DNA of 63,835 bases, filler included, from Basidiobolus meristosporus CBS 931.73 (lineage: Eukaryota; Fungi; Basidiobolomycota): NCBI GenBank assembly GCA_002104905.1. It is 4 parts of 4 records of this genome, joined end to end, with 100 filler letters (N's around TTAATTAATTAA, not from the genome) between each part and the next. Parts side by side here need not be neighbours in the genome. Positions count along the whole stretch, not along the records: positions 1 to 26,993 come from MCFE01000909.1; 3 more parts are not named here. The stretch is one strand, 5' to 3'. Under the pieces are notes generated by a model. It saw only the letters and a list, made by a program, of their open reading frames with translations, was not told where the DNA came from and ran no database searches. Below are positions 1-13,400 of the stretch, one piece after another (positions within the stretch are counted from its first letter, which is position 1; each line of letters starts with the position of its first letter). Made by a program: the position numbers and the translations under genes.

Positions 1-1439
1 CAAGAGCCCATTACAAGCAGGGCCAAAAGCTCCAGATGAGCATCAATGTGAAGCCAGGTAGCTGGAAGAGTGCCAATTAGGGACAAGCAGGCAGACACAG
101 ATGCACCAGCACACCATTTATCAAGGAAACAGCATAGTACCACTCAAGAAGCACCCAGTCAAGGTAGCAGTGAAGGACCTGGCTGTGATAAGAACCAGCT
201 GCTTTTATAGGAACCCATCACAACTACGGTTGAGAGCTCAAAACAAGCACAAAAGAAATGTCAGGTTGCCAGAAGAGTGCCAGAAGAGCACCAGCAAGGG
301 ACAAGCAGGCCAAAACAGATGCATCAGAGCAGAATTCATCCAGGAGAAAGCGTAGTTCTTTACAAGAAGCACTCAGACAAAGTAGCAGTGAAAGGCCTGG
401 CAGTGATAAAAGAAAAGGCAAAAGGAAAAATGTCTACCCAAGCCTGAGACAGGTAGGCATGCAAAACAAACTGCAGTTCTTGCCAATTAATGCTGCAAAC
501 CAGGAACAGACTGAATCCCATCATAGCCAACAAGTATTACCAACAAGAAAACAGCTGTTTTCACAAGAGTTAGAAGTGCAGCCAGTTGAGCTACACTCCA
601 GCAAGGTAGATGAGTTTGCCAAAAGAGGCAATTTGTCTATCACAGCCACCACAGCCTCCACTGCTGACAGAGTGGAGGTCCCACCAACAGACATGGCTAC
701 AACATCAAGAGCTTGAAAGACTATCACAATGCCTTCAGTGGAGTTTTGGAACATTAATAGGCACACCAAGAGGTTGCACAACTTCTTCACAACCAGTGCT
801 CAAGAAAACACACTGGAATATTGAAAGCATTTATTGCAAAGACTGGAAGATGAGGAGCTAGACCTTGCAGTGCTGGCTGAAGACCAGGACATGTGGGAAC
901 CAGTGAATGAACAGTGGCATAAAGCTGTTTGGTTCCTGCCAAAGTTGTGGAACCAGAGCATTACAGCAGAAATACTGATTGAGTTGTAGATTTTAATGGA
1001 GCTACTTGTTGAGTGTGGGGTTGAGCTTAATGTCAGTGTAGGGTATAGAGACTTGTATAGGTCAATGCAATTGGCAATCAAGGTACAATTGAAGTTTCAA
1101 TGGAAAAGGTCAGATTGTACACATGAAAAGTAAGAAAAACAAATGAGTCAGGAAGTAAGGAGTGTGAAACAGAGCCAATAGCCAATCAACTCACACAAAT
1201 GTAGGAGGTGATAGAGTGTCCAGGATCAGAAAGTGAGCAAATTGACAGGGAACCAATCAAATGCCATTTATACAATGATCTGATGAAAAATCTTGACTAA
1301 GATTTTTGTGTAATCTGGGGTGCAATTATTTTTCAACAGTTTCTGGACAGTGTCCTGACAAGATCAGTACCTCTTAGTCACGGGACTTTAACTTTGTGAT
1401 AGCCTTTTGATGGAATCATCTCAAAAATGTTTCATAGGG
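1..1439 (+). mobile_element. CACTA/CMC-like DNA transposon fragment: 3' part of accessory ORF2 plus right terminus
   Basis: Homologous to 38147-39740 and ~52150-53510. Ends ...TTTCATAGGG at 1439 (reverse complement CCCTATGAAA), fitting the CMCWR terminal consensus; Copia internal sequence follows immediately. Confidence 0.65.
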
Positions 1440-1895
1440 AGAGATAATCAGTAAAAGAAGCCTGAGTATGGAAATGTTGCAACAACTGAAGATATACTAC
1501 TCATATCTGCACTGAATATGACTACAAACAAGGATTCTCAGATGTGGTACATTGACTCTGGAGCATCTGAACACTTTACACACAAAAGAGAACTTTTTAT
1601 CCAATATTAAGAGATTCCAATTAAGAAGGTTTTCATGGGTGACAATAGAATACTTGATGCAGTGGGAGAAGGAACTATCCAAGTAAGCCTAATAAGCAGT
1701 GAAGGAAGCCATACACTGACTTTCAAAGAAGTACTCTATGTACCAGAAATAGCCAAGAACCTACTATCTGTAAGCAAGGCCACTGCAGAAGGACTCAGTT
1801 TCAGCTTTGACAATTCTGGATGCAAGATCACTGATCAAAATGATGCCCATATAGCTTTGGGTATTAGAGATCAGAATCTATACAGGTTGTCTTAT

Positions 1896-3320
1896 CACAA
1901 GATTGTTAAAATGGATGACGAAGAAATTATTAACGCCTTTGAAAATAAAATTATTATTCTTGATGAAGCCCACAATATTAAAGATACTTGTCATGATGGT
2001 GTATATTCTTGTTTGATTAAAATTATGGATCTTACAAAAAATACTAAAATTATTCTTGCTACTGGTACACCTATGACAGATACCGTCCAACAAATTATTC
2101 CTGTTGTAAACGTTTTATTTCCCAAACATATGCGACTAAATTTCCAAACCAAAGATATTCCCAGCTCTCTTCTTTCTGGCATCATCTCTTACAATACTAC
2201 TGTTATCCAAAAACCTTGTGAAGTTTATCATGGCAACCAAACTATTCAAAACATGAAAATTATTTCTGTCACCATGACCGGCCACCAATTGAAGTATTAT
2301 GAAGAGGAAAGCAAAAAGGATGTTAATTACATTTACAGAAGTCTTTCACAAATTTCTTTGTTTGTCTTTCCTGATGGATCTTATGGCAGAACTATCAATT
2401 CCAGCAAGTACTACAGAACTAAACACAGAAAAATTATTATCTCTCCTGATAACGTTTCCAAAAAAATTACTTACCAGAAATATTTCTTGCAAGAAGAATA
2501 CCAAAAATATTTAAGTGGCAAGTTGTTACATATGTCTTCTTGCAAATATTATAGTTTTGTTGAACATATTCATCTTAATACAAGATATCCCGCCTTTGTT
2601 TTTGTCAATGAAGTCCAAGGCTCAGGGTAGATGATTTTAAGTCTTATCTTAGAGCATCAAGGTTACAAATTATATCTTGGGGAAAGTTTGGATACTATAG
2701 AGAAAGGTAAATGTTATACCTTCTGTGTTGGCAGTACAGATATCTCACCAAACAACAAAAATTGGCTTGAAGGCTTTAATTCTCCAAAAAATAAAAATGG
2801 TGAGTATGTACAAATTCTTCTTGGGAGTAAAGTCATTGGCAAAAGTATAACTTTAAAAAATGTTAAACAGTTCCACGGAATTACTCCTCATTGGAATGAC
2901 AGTACTGTTGAACAGGCTGTTGGGAGAGTTATTTGCAGTGGTTCTCATGATATGTTGCCTGAAGAAGAACGTTATGTTGACATTTATATTTATGCTGCAG
3001 TTACACCAGATAATAAAGGTGTTGACAAACTTAAACTTGAAATTTGCGCCCAGAAACAAATGGACATTGTTCATATGAAAAACAAACTTAAAGATGTTGC
3101 CGTTGATAGATATATATTTTGCAAAGAACTCACTGAAAAGGATCTTGAGTTAGATATTACGACGTTTGTTTTATATTATGTGGATAAGTATATGAATTTA
3201 TTTGTCCAGAAGATACAGCTGATATTTAAAGACAAAACCTGGTTGTTTCTGTCTTATGTCTTAAATGCTTCTAATATTAACAAAATTATTTTTATGGAAG
3301 CTATTTACAAACTTATTACA
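1896..3320 (+). pseudogene. SF2 helicase fragment, NCLDV D6/D11 (NPH-I/VETF)-like; lacks Walker A; one in-frame TAG at 2628-2630
   Basis: ORFs 1635-2630 and 2631-3329 are in the same frame. Motif II IIILDEAHNI, motif III ATGTPM, motif V LLGSKVIGKSITLKNV, motif VI region TPHWNDSTVEQAVGRVICSGSH, then PEEERYVDIYIY. Intronless and much more AT-rich than the flanks. Family assignment is from motif recognition, not a database search. Confidence 0.8.
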
Positions 3321-5393
3321 TCCATTTGAAGCATGGTATAGATACTGACCAAGTGCAGAGCATCTAAGAATATTTGGGTGTACAGCACATGCTAAGAAAC
3401 TGCCCGGAAATCAGCCAAAGTTTGAGTCAAAAGTGTAAATGCATATTTTTGGGCTATGGCAATGAGAGTAAGGCATACAGACCCTACAATACCAAAGCAA
3501 AAAAGCTAATCAAGTCCAGGGATGCTTTGTCTGATGAAATTTCAGAATTTTCACAAATAATGACTTCAGATGATGACAAAAATCTGGTCTTAACTCCACC
3601 AATAGTCAGGATTGAATCCAAGCAAAACAATGAAGTTTTTTCACTACAGAGGACTCTACAACCATGGTTCAGCCAGAATCAGCCCCCAGGGATATCCCAG
3701 AAGTGATCATTCCAGTATCAAATGCCTGGAGATCCAATTGGACAAGAAATAGCCCAGACTACTGTGTAAATGAGGGAACAAACTTAGCCTATGCCTATTC
3801 AGTCCATATTGATGACCCCAGACTGTAAAAGAGGCCCTAAATAGCTCTCAGCAAAGTTTGGGAGATCTGCAATGACTGAGCAATATCAGGACCTGATGGA
3901 AAATGAAACTTGGTACTTGGTCAAATTACCAATCAACCAAGAATCAATTGGATGCAGATGGGTCTTCTAGACAGTATATAAGGCTGATGGTACAATTGAA
4001 AGATTCAATGCACAACTTGTGGCCAAGTGATATTCTCAAACAAAAGGACTAGATTATACTGAGACCTTTGCACCAGTAGCCAAGTTTAATTCCATCAGAT
4101 TAATTGTGGCTATTGCAGCCAAATATATGTTTTTTATTCATTAAGTGGATGCAAAACTGCACTTTTGAATGGAGAACTTGATGAGGACATGCATATGGAC
4201 CAGCCTGATGGGTTTGTTGACCAAGATAGCCCCCATTTGGTCTGCAAGCTTAAAAAGTCACTATATGGTCTCAAACAATCACCAAGAGCCTGGAGTTGCA
4301 AGATAGATTCTTATTTGGAATCTCTGAGTTTCAAAAGGAGTAATGCTAACTTTATTATATACTATAAGCCAGATAGAGCAGATCAAGTTCTATTAGCTCT
4401 ATATGTGGATGATCTTATTATAGCCACCAATAATCTAGCAACATTAGAAACAACTAAATCCAGCCTATCTAAGGAGTTCAAGATGTCCAATCTTGGAGAA
4501 CCCAGTTACTACTTAGGGATTAAGTTCTCCATAGACAGAAGTAGCCAGGCTATTACCATAAGCCAATTCAAGTAAAATCAAGATATACTTAAGAAGTACC
4601 AAATGGAAGACTGTAAACTAGTAGCTACCCCAATGGAGACAAACCTTAATTTGGTCAATACTCAACCAAATCAAGAGAGCCTGGTGCAATATGAAAGCCT
4701 GGACTTTCCTTATCAGCCTATGGTCAGCAGTCTGATGTATTGCATGCTTAGAACACTTCCAGATATCTCATATTCAGTGGGAGTTGTCAACCAACATAAT
4801 CAGAACTATGGATCTGATCATATTGCAGCAGTTAAGCGGATTTTCAGAAACCTAAAAGGAACTGCTGATATCTGCTTACAATACACCTATAAGGATTCAG
4901 AACAGGATCTTGTGGGAAACTCTGATGCTGATTGGGGACATAATTTAGAAGACAGAAGATCCACTATAGGATACACCTTTCTTTACTGTCAAGGAGCAAT
5001 TTCATGGAATTCAAGAAAGCAACCAACCATAGCACTTTCTACCCCAGAGGCAGAGTAAACGGCATCCTGTGAAGCTACAAAAGAAGCAATGTGATTAAAA
5101 AAGCTTTTTACAGATTTAGGCCTATATTAAAGAATGCCTATTACTTTATTTCAAGATAATCAAGGATTTACACAATTAGATAGAAATCAAACTCTTCATG
5201 CTAGAACTAAGCACATAGATACTGGACATCATTTCACATGTGAAGCTATAAAGAATAACTTAGTTAGCTTAGTTGACTGTCTTTCAGATGAAATGATTGC
5301 AGACATATGTACCAAAATATTAACTAGAGACAAGTTTAAATATCCTAGGTCAAAATTAGGACTAGTCAGTATGAACATTTAGCTGAGTGGGAG

Positions 5394-5740
5394 TATTGTA
5401 AAAACTTGTAATTCCACCTAAATATTCACCCAACTTAGTCACTTAGATCATTACTTGCAAATCCTAGAGAATACTGATCAAATCCCCTGTTGGATTATAC
5501 ATAGAATATTTTCACCAAAATACCAGGTACCCAGAACATAAAATTCTCAAAGTTGTCCAAACAGCCCCACACTTTGCACACATGCTCTTAGGACCTTTGT
5601 TAGCCCACTCTATCTGTTTGTTATGCCAAGACCATATAAAGGTATAAATACTACTTTTACATTCAAAGATCATAAAGTGAAAACCACATAATCTACTTGT
5701 CCTCCCAATTGCTTCCAATATCTCCAAGACTCTTACAGCA
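5394..5740 (+). repeat. Copia 3' LTR
   Basis: Follows the PPT. TATTGTA...TTACAGCA, matching the family LTR with mutated termini. Confidence 0.92.
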
Positions 5741-6013
5741 ACAAAGAGGCAATAGCCAATCAATGCACACAAACACAGGAGGTGATAGAGTGTCTGGGAT
5801 CAAAAAGTGAGCAAATTGGCAGGGAACCAATCAAAAGCCACCTACATATTGTTGTGATGAAAAATTTTGACTAAGTGTTTTGTGAAATCTGGGGTGCAAT
5901 TATTTTTCAACAGTCTCTGAACAGTGTCCTGACAGGATCAGTACCTCTTAGTCACAGGACTTTAAATATGTGATGGCCTTTTGATGGGATCATTACAATA
6001 ATTTTTCATAGTG
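5741..6013 (+). mobile_element. CACTA/CMC transposon right end
   Basis: Homologous to ~1170-1439 and ~53240-53510. Terminates in ...AATAATTTTTCATAGTG, whose reverse complement is CACTATGAAAAATTATT. Confidence 0.7.
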
Positions 6014-7330
6014 TGTCCTTTATGTACCAGTCTCTCATATCCATTACAGACTTGAAGGTAATATTCCTGATAAGGTTGGAATATGTTGGTACTTGCAACT
6101 TGACTTGTCCACCTAACTCCCTTCAAATCCACTCCAAAGGAAACTTCCAAAGGCAATGAAAGGCCCAATATTGTTTGCATGCCAAACAAGATGAAGTAGA
6201 GATAGATACCATAGTGGATCTACCTATTCAGCTTCTGACCCATTGTATTGCTGCTCAAATCCAATCACAAACTCCTTGCATAAAAGCTCTATATGTGTCA
6301 AGTTAGCACTAGCAATCTTCTTGTGGATAAATATTCCTACAATGTCTACATATGACTCCCATTGCTTCCAATGCTCTATTGGTAGAAATTGCTTTTGAAG
6401 GCCACTTAGATAAATCCAGTTCATCCAATTCTTGCATTGCTATTATAGCTCATGAGTTTAAATATTAATGAAGTTTGTGGGAAAATCATTGGGTATCAGA
6501 AACCCTATGCAAAGTAAATTGGTTCCATGGGTGGATCAAATCCAGATCAATAGTCAGTATCCCTCAATGCATGCATTATAATGCTGGCATCATGGAATTA
6601 TCAACCCTCTACATAATCTTGTGAAGAGATTGTGTCAGTGTTTTGCTGAAGTTACTGCCAAATAAAGTTAAAAGTTTGACAGTGCTTAAGCAGTCTTTTG
6701 ACAGAAATTGCATGGTATTCTAATGGTCTTAGTGCACTCAGCATGTATTTAATTAGACCTAACCAGCTAATACATCCAATTGCCTTAGATGGCTAGAAGC
6801 TTGATGATATTCTGGCAGCCACATTGTGGACCTCTGAATGCCTTATAATGGCAGTACAGCAGCCAACAGCTAGTTTGATATAATGATACCATATCAATGT
6901 ACCAAATGGCATTATTTTCTACCCTCCATTACACCATCCACATACATGTGCCCAGAAAAGCTGGCTATCTTGCTGATGGCTGGGGTGTCTCCAATGCAGA
7001 TATTGATAAGTACTTTGATATAATGGCCTTTACTAGTGTCCCACTGAATAGCCTAAATATTCATCCAGTAATAGATTCAGGCAGCTATTCAGGTTGCATG
7101 ATGATTTAGGCCCAGATACCAGTGAGACTAGCATTAGATCTCTGCTCTGATACTGTAAGACAGGTGGCAGATTCAAGTTAATGAGAATCAGTGGCCAGCA
7201 GGATTTGCCAGCAGAATACTTGTTAAGTAAAAATGCCTCAAGTGCAAAGCAAAGGCATGATCATACATATCTTTAAAGTAGTCCTTACTTCTTAGTGATT
7301 TGTATTGTTTGCCATCAAATATATTGGAAA
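6014..7330 (-). mobile_element. Degenerate CACTA (Tnp2/Transposase_21-like) transposase fragment
   Basis: Minus-strand translation gives LMLVSLVSGPKS.CNLNS.LNLLLDE and, after a frameshift, ICIGDTPAISKIAGFSGH. Homologous to 48106-49195 and ~60240-60702. Confidence 0.72.
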
Positions 7331-7335
7331 TGCTG

Positions 7336-10300
7336 GTCAGGTGAATATTTAGGTGGAATTGCAAATTTTTACAATACTCCCACTCAGCTAAGTGTTCATA
7401 CTGACAAGTCCTAATTTTGACCTAAGATATTCAAACATGTCCCTAGCTAATGGTTTGGTAAATTTGTCTGCAATCATTTCATTTAAAGGACAATAAACTA
7501 AGCTAACTAAGTTATTCTCTATAACTTCACATATGAAATGACGTCTAATATCTATGTGCTTGGTTCTAGCATGAAAAGCTGAATTTCTACCAAATTTATA
7601 CATCCTTGATTATGTTGAAATAAAGTAATAGGCGTTTTTTGACATGGGCCTAAATGTGTAAAAAGCTTTCTTAACCACATTGCTTCTTTTGTAGCTTCAC
7701 AGGCTGCCAGATACTCTGCCTCTGGGGTAGAAAGTACTATAGTTGGTTGCTTTCTTGAATTCCATGAAATTGCTCCTTTACAGTAAAGAAAGGTATATCC
7801 TGTGGTAGATCATATGTCTTCCAGATTTTGTCCCCAATCAGCATCAGAGTTGCCCACAAGATCCTGTTCTGAATCCTTATAGGTGTATTGCAAGCAGATA
7901 TCAGCAGTTCCTTCTAGGTATCTAAAAATCCGCTTAACTGCTGCAATAAGATCAGATCCATAGTTCTGATTATGCTGGCTGACAACTCCCACTGAGGATG
8001 GGATATCTGGACATGTTCCAAGCATGATATACATCAGACTGCCATCCGTAGATTGATTAGGAAGTCAGGGCTTTCAGATAGCACTAAGCACTCTTAATTT
8101 GATTGAGTTTTGAACAAGTCAAGGTTTGTCTCCATTGGGGTAGCTGCCTGTTTACAGTCTTCCATTTGGTACTTCTTTAGCATATATTGAATACACTTAG
8201 ATTGGCTTAGAGTGATAGTCTGGGTACTTCTGTCTATGGAGAACTTTATCCCTAAGTAGTAACTTAGCTCTCCTAGATCTGACATATTGAACTCTTTAGA
8301 AAGGCTGGATTTAGTCTCTTCCAATGTTGCTAGGTTATTGGTGGCTATTATAAGATCATCCACATATAGAGCTAATAGAACTGAACTTGCTCTATCTGGC
8401 TTATAATATATACTATATTCAGCATTACTCCTTTTGAAGCCCAAAGATTCCAAATATGAATCTATGTTGCAATTCCAGGCTCTTGGTGATTGATTGAGTC
8501 GATATAGAGACTTTTTAAGCTTGTAGATCAGCTGGGGGCTATCTTGGTCAGCAAACCCATCTGGCTGGTCCATGTAAACATCCTCATCAGGTTCTCCATT
8601 CAAAAATGCAGCTTTTACATCCATTTAATGAATAAAATACTTATATTTGGCCGCAATAGCCAATATTGATCTGATGGAATTAAACTTGGCAATTGGTGCA
8701 AACATCTCAGTATAGTCAAGTCCTTTTGTTTGAGAGAATTCTTTGGGCACAAGTTTTGCTTTGTATCTTTTGATTGTGCCATCAGCCATGTATTTTGTCT
8801 TGAAGACCTATTGATTTTTGGTTGATTGTTAATTTGACTAAGTCCCAAGTTTCATTTTCCATCAGGGCCTGCTATTCCTCAGTCATTTCAGATCTCCAAA
8901 ACTTTGTTTGAGGGCTATTTAGGGCTTCTTCTACAGTCTGGGGCTCATCAATATGGACTGAATAGGCATAGGCTAAGTTTGTTCCCTCAGTGATATAGTA
9001 AATTGGGCTATTTCTTGTCCAATTGGATTTTCAAGCATCTGACACTGGAATGATCCCTTCTGGGATATCCCTGGGGGCTGATTCTGGCTGAATCATGGTT
9101 GTAGAGTCCTCTGTAGTGAAAAAACTTCACTGTTTTGCTCTGATTCAATCCTGACAATTGGTGGACTTAAGATCAGATTTTTGTCATCTTCTGATGTCAT
9201 TTTTGTGAAAATTTGGAATCTTCATCAAAGAATACATCCCTGGACTAGATTGGCTTTTTTGCTTTGGTATTGAAGAGTCTGTATGCTTTACTCTCATTGC
9301 AGTAGCCCAAAAATAAGCATTTTACACTTTTTGGCTCATATTTTGACTGATTTCAGGGCAGCTTCTTGGCATATGCTGTACACCCAAATTTTGTTATATG
9401 TTCTCCATTTGGTCTGTATCCATATCATGATTCAAATGGAGTAGAAACACAAAGTATTCTGCTACAACTCCTATTTTTAGGGAATACAGCTGTGGCAACT
9501 AATTCTACCCAAAAATCATAGGATAATTTTTGATCATGGATGATAGATCTTGCCATATCTATTATTGATCTGTTTGCACATTCTGCTACGTCATTTTGCT
9601 GTGGGGAGTTTGGTACAGTAGCCGCTTGCTTTATTCCATGAATCTTACAGAAGTGGATGAAGAGTTTAGAGGTATTTTCTCCACCATTATCAGAGCATAT
9701 TTTGTTGATTTTTTCACCAGTTTCTCTGTCCACCATGGCTTTGAACTCCCTGTAGATAGACAGAGATTCATCCTTTCACTCCATGATGTAGACCCACATG
9801 TATCTTGTGTAATCATCAATAGAAGTGATTGAATACTTCATCCTGCCTTAGGATAGGTTTTGCATATGTCCACACAGATCTGAGTGAATTAGATTAGACT
9901 TTTTCTTAGTTTTGATTAGCCCAGAGCACTTGGACAGTAGTCTGGCTTGTTTCCCATATTTGCAGGCTTCTCAGTGCTACAAATTAGCTGGGGGATCAAT
10001 TTTTACTCCGGAAATTAGCTGATCTTTGATCATTTTGTGCAAATAATCAAAATTGATGAGCCCAAATCTCCTGTGCCAAAGCATTAGTGTTTCTTCATTT
10101 AAGTTACTTATGTTGGCTTCCAAATATGATGGAATATAAGTCAACTTGTATAGATTCTGATCTCTGATACCCAAAGCAATATGGGCACCATTTTGATCTG
10201 TGATCTTGCATCCAGAATTGTCAATACTGAAACTGAGTCCTTATGCAGTGCCCTTGCTTACAGATAGTAGGTTCTTGGCTATTTCTGGTATATAGAGTTC

Positions 10301-10484
10301 TTCTTTAAAGGTCAGTGTATGGCTTCCTTCACTGCTTCTTAGGTTTACTTGAATAGTTCCTTCTCCCACTGCATCATGTGTTCTATTGTCACCCATGAAA
10401 ACCTTCTTAATTGGAATTTCTTGATATTGTGTAAAAAGTTCTTTTTGGTGTGTAAACTGTTGAGATGCTCCAGAGTCAATATAC
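7336..10484 (-). mobile_element. Truncated Copia copy (protease region to PPT, partial LTR)
   Basis: Minus ORFs 9425-9736 (integrase), 8094-8624 (RT) and 7388-7603 (RNase H end). PPT at 7377-7389 and LTR remnant at 7336-7376. Cut at the protease YIDSG motif by the element starting at 10485. Confidence 0.92.
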
Positions 10485-13400
10485 TGTTGTAAAAATTTGT
10501 ATTTCCACCTAAATATTTACCTAGCTTTGTAACTTAGATCATTACATTCATATCCCAGAGAATACTGACCAAATTCCTTGTCAGGATTTACTAAGAATAT
10601 TTTCACCACAATACCAGGTACCTAGAACATAAAAATTCCCAAAGTTGTCCAAACAGCCCCACACTTTGCACAAATGTTCTTGGGATCTTCCTTAGCCAAT
10701 TCTACATGTTTGTTATGCCAAGACCATGTAAAAGTATAAATACTACTTTTACATTCAATAAATCATTAAGTGAAAACCACATAATCTACTTGTTCTCCCA
10801 ATCACTTCCAATATCTCCAAGACTCTTACAACAGGTTATGAGCCCCAAGCTGTCACTCTCTGCAATGTCTACTACTGCTATTACTGGAATTTTTTCCTCT
10901 GCTGAAAAGTTGGATGGATCTAACTACCAAGTGTGGAAGGTGAAGATGAAGATACTGCTACAAGAAAGAGGCCTTTGGGATATTGTCATGGGAGAAGAAT
11001 GCCCTCCTAAAAACATGGGGAAGGAAGCCTTAAAGTACCAGAAGAAAGAACAAACTGCCTTTAACTTCATTTGCCTTAATGTTAAGGACAAATTGCTAAT
11101 TCAATGCTCAAGAGCAAAAACAGTAAAGAATGCCTGGAAGGCATCAGAAGACACCTACCAGTCATGTTCAGCTGCTAAGAAAATGTATCTGAGAGGAAGA
11201 ATCTTTACTACAAACATGTTGCCAGGAGAAGAAATGAAAAATCTAATTAACAGAATTACCCTGCTAGGTGATGAGATGGAATCTGTGGGCGTACCAACTA
11301 TTGATGAGGATACGGTAGTTACCATCCTGAATAGCCTGACAGACAAGTTTCAGGGCCTTGTATCAGCCCTAGAGTCCAGAACTGAAGATTTGACCTTAAA
11401 TTACATATATGGAAGGCTGCTGGATAAAGAATTAAGAAAATCAAGCGCAAGTAAGAAGGAAGAAGAAAATGCTTTAATAAGCATTGACAACCAACAAAGG
11501 AAGTACCCAAAACCCTACAAAGGCAACAGCAACCTGTTTTGTAACTACTGTAAAAGGAAAGTACACACATTAGACCTCTGTCTCAATAAGGGGGATAATC
11601 AGCAAAAGAAGCCTGAATATGGAAATGCTGCAACAACTGAAGATAGACTATTCATATCTGCACTAAATAAGGCCGCAAACAAGGATTCTCAGATTTGATA
11701 TTGATTCTGGAGCATCTCAATACTTTACACACCAAAAAGTACTTTTTACCCAATATCAAGAAATCCAATTAAGAAGGTTTTCATGGGTGACAATAGAACA
11801 CTTGATGCAGTGGGAGAAGGAACTATCCATGTGAGCCTAATCAGCAGTGCAGGAAGCCATACACTGACTTTGAAAGAAGTACTCTATGTACCAGAAATAG
11901 CCAAGAACCTACTATCTGCAAGCAAGGCCACTGCAGAAGGACTCAGTTTCAGCTTTGACAATTCTGGATGCAAGATCACTGATCAAAATGGTGCCCATAT
12001 TGCTTTGGGTATTAGAGATCAGAATCTATACAAGTTGGCTTATATTCCATCATATTTGAAAGCCAATATAAGTAACTTAAATGAGGAAACACCAATGCTT
12101 TGGCAGAGGAGATTTGGGCACATCAATTTTGATTATTTGTACAAAATGATCAAAGATCAGCTAATTTCTGGAGTAGAAATTGATCCCCCAGCTGATTTGG
12201 AGCACTGTGAAGCCTGCATATATGGGAAACAAGCCAGACAACTGTTCAAGAGCTCTGGGCTAATCAAAACTAAGAAAAAAATAGTTCTAACTCACTCAGA
12301 TCTGTGTGGACCTATGCAAAATTTATCCTTAGGCGGGATGTAGTATTTGATCACCTTTATTGATGATTATACAAGATACACATGGGTCTACTTCATGGAG
12401 AGAAAGGAGGAATCTCTTTCCAAGCTCAGGGAGTTTAAAGCCAGGATGGAGAGAGAAACTGGTGAAAAAATCAAGAAAATACGCTCTGACAATGGTGGAG
12501 AATATACCTCAAAACTCTTCATCCACTACTGCAAAATTCATGGGATAAATCAAGAGACTACTGTACCATACTCCCCACAGCAAAATGGAGTAGCAGAATG
12601 TGCTAACAGATCAATAATTGATATGGCAAGATCTATGATCCATGATCAAAAATTATCATATGATTTTTGGGCAAAATAGTTGCCACTGCTCTATACCTTT
12701 AAAATAGGAGTTGTAACAGAATACATTGTGATTCTACTCCATTTGAAGCTTGGCATGGATACAGACCAAGTGCAGAACATCTAAGAGTATTTGGGTGTAC
12801 AGCATATGCCAAAAAACTGGCCAGAAATCAGTCAAAATTTGAGCCAAAAGTGTAAAATGCATATTTTTGGGCTACTGCAATGAGAGTAAGGCATACAGAC
12901 TCTACAATACCAAAGCAAAGAAGCTGATCAAGTCCAGGGATGTGTGGTTTGATGAAAATTCAAAATTTTCACAATAAATGACATCAGATGATGACAAAAA
13001 TTTGATCTCAAGTCCACCAATTGTCAGGACTGAATCAGAGCAAAACAATGAGAATTTTTTCACTCCAGAGGACTCTACAACTATGGTTCAGCCAGAATCA
13101 GTGCCCAGGAATAACCCAGAAGTGATCATTCCAGTATCAAATGCCTGGAGATCCAATTGGAGAAGAAATAGCCCAAATTACTATATCAATGAGGGTACAA
13201 AAGTAGCATATGCCTATTCAGTTCATATTGATGAACCCCAGACTGTAAAAGAGGCCATAAATAGCCCTCAGAAAAAGGTTTGAAGATCTGCAATGACTGA
13301 GGAATATCAGGCCCTGATGGAAAATCTAACTTGGGACTTAGTCAAATTACCAATCAACCAAAAATCAAATGGATGCAGATGGGTCTTCAAGACAAAATAC

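Larger units (their letters stand above)
1440..5740 (+). mobile_element. 5'-truncated, degenerate Copia LTR retrotransposon whose integrase region is replaced by a foreign helicase fragment
   Basis: Protease-region ORF (MGDNRILDAVGEGT), RT ([19 protein letters not shown]), RNase H (DADWG...STIGY), PPT CTGAGTGGGAG and 3' LTR 5394-5740, all collinear with the copy at 43211-47892. Multiple stops and frameshifts. Confidence 0.93.

Noticed and set aside
2628-2630. TAG between the two helicase ORFs as programmed read-through or a two-gene operon
   Set aside because: It falls inside what looks like a conserved GSGxILxxLILE-type segment of a single domain. A nonsense mutation or sequencing error is simpler.
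1635-3329. Functional protease-helicase fusion protein as an active new retroelement class
   Set aside because: Upstream Copia sequence is truncated and has stops, Walker A is missing, and downstream pol is out of frame and broken. There is no evidence of function in this copy.
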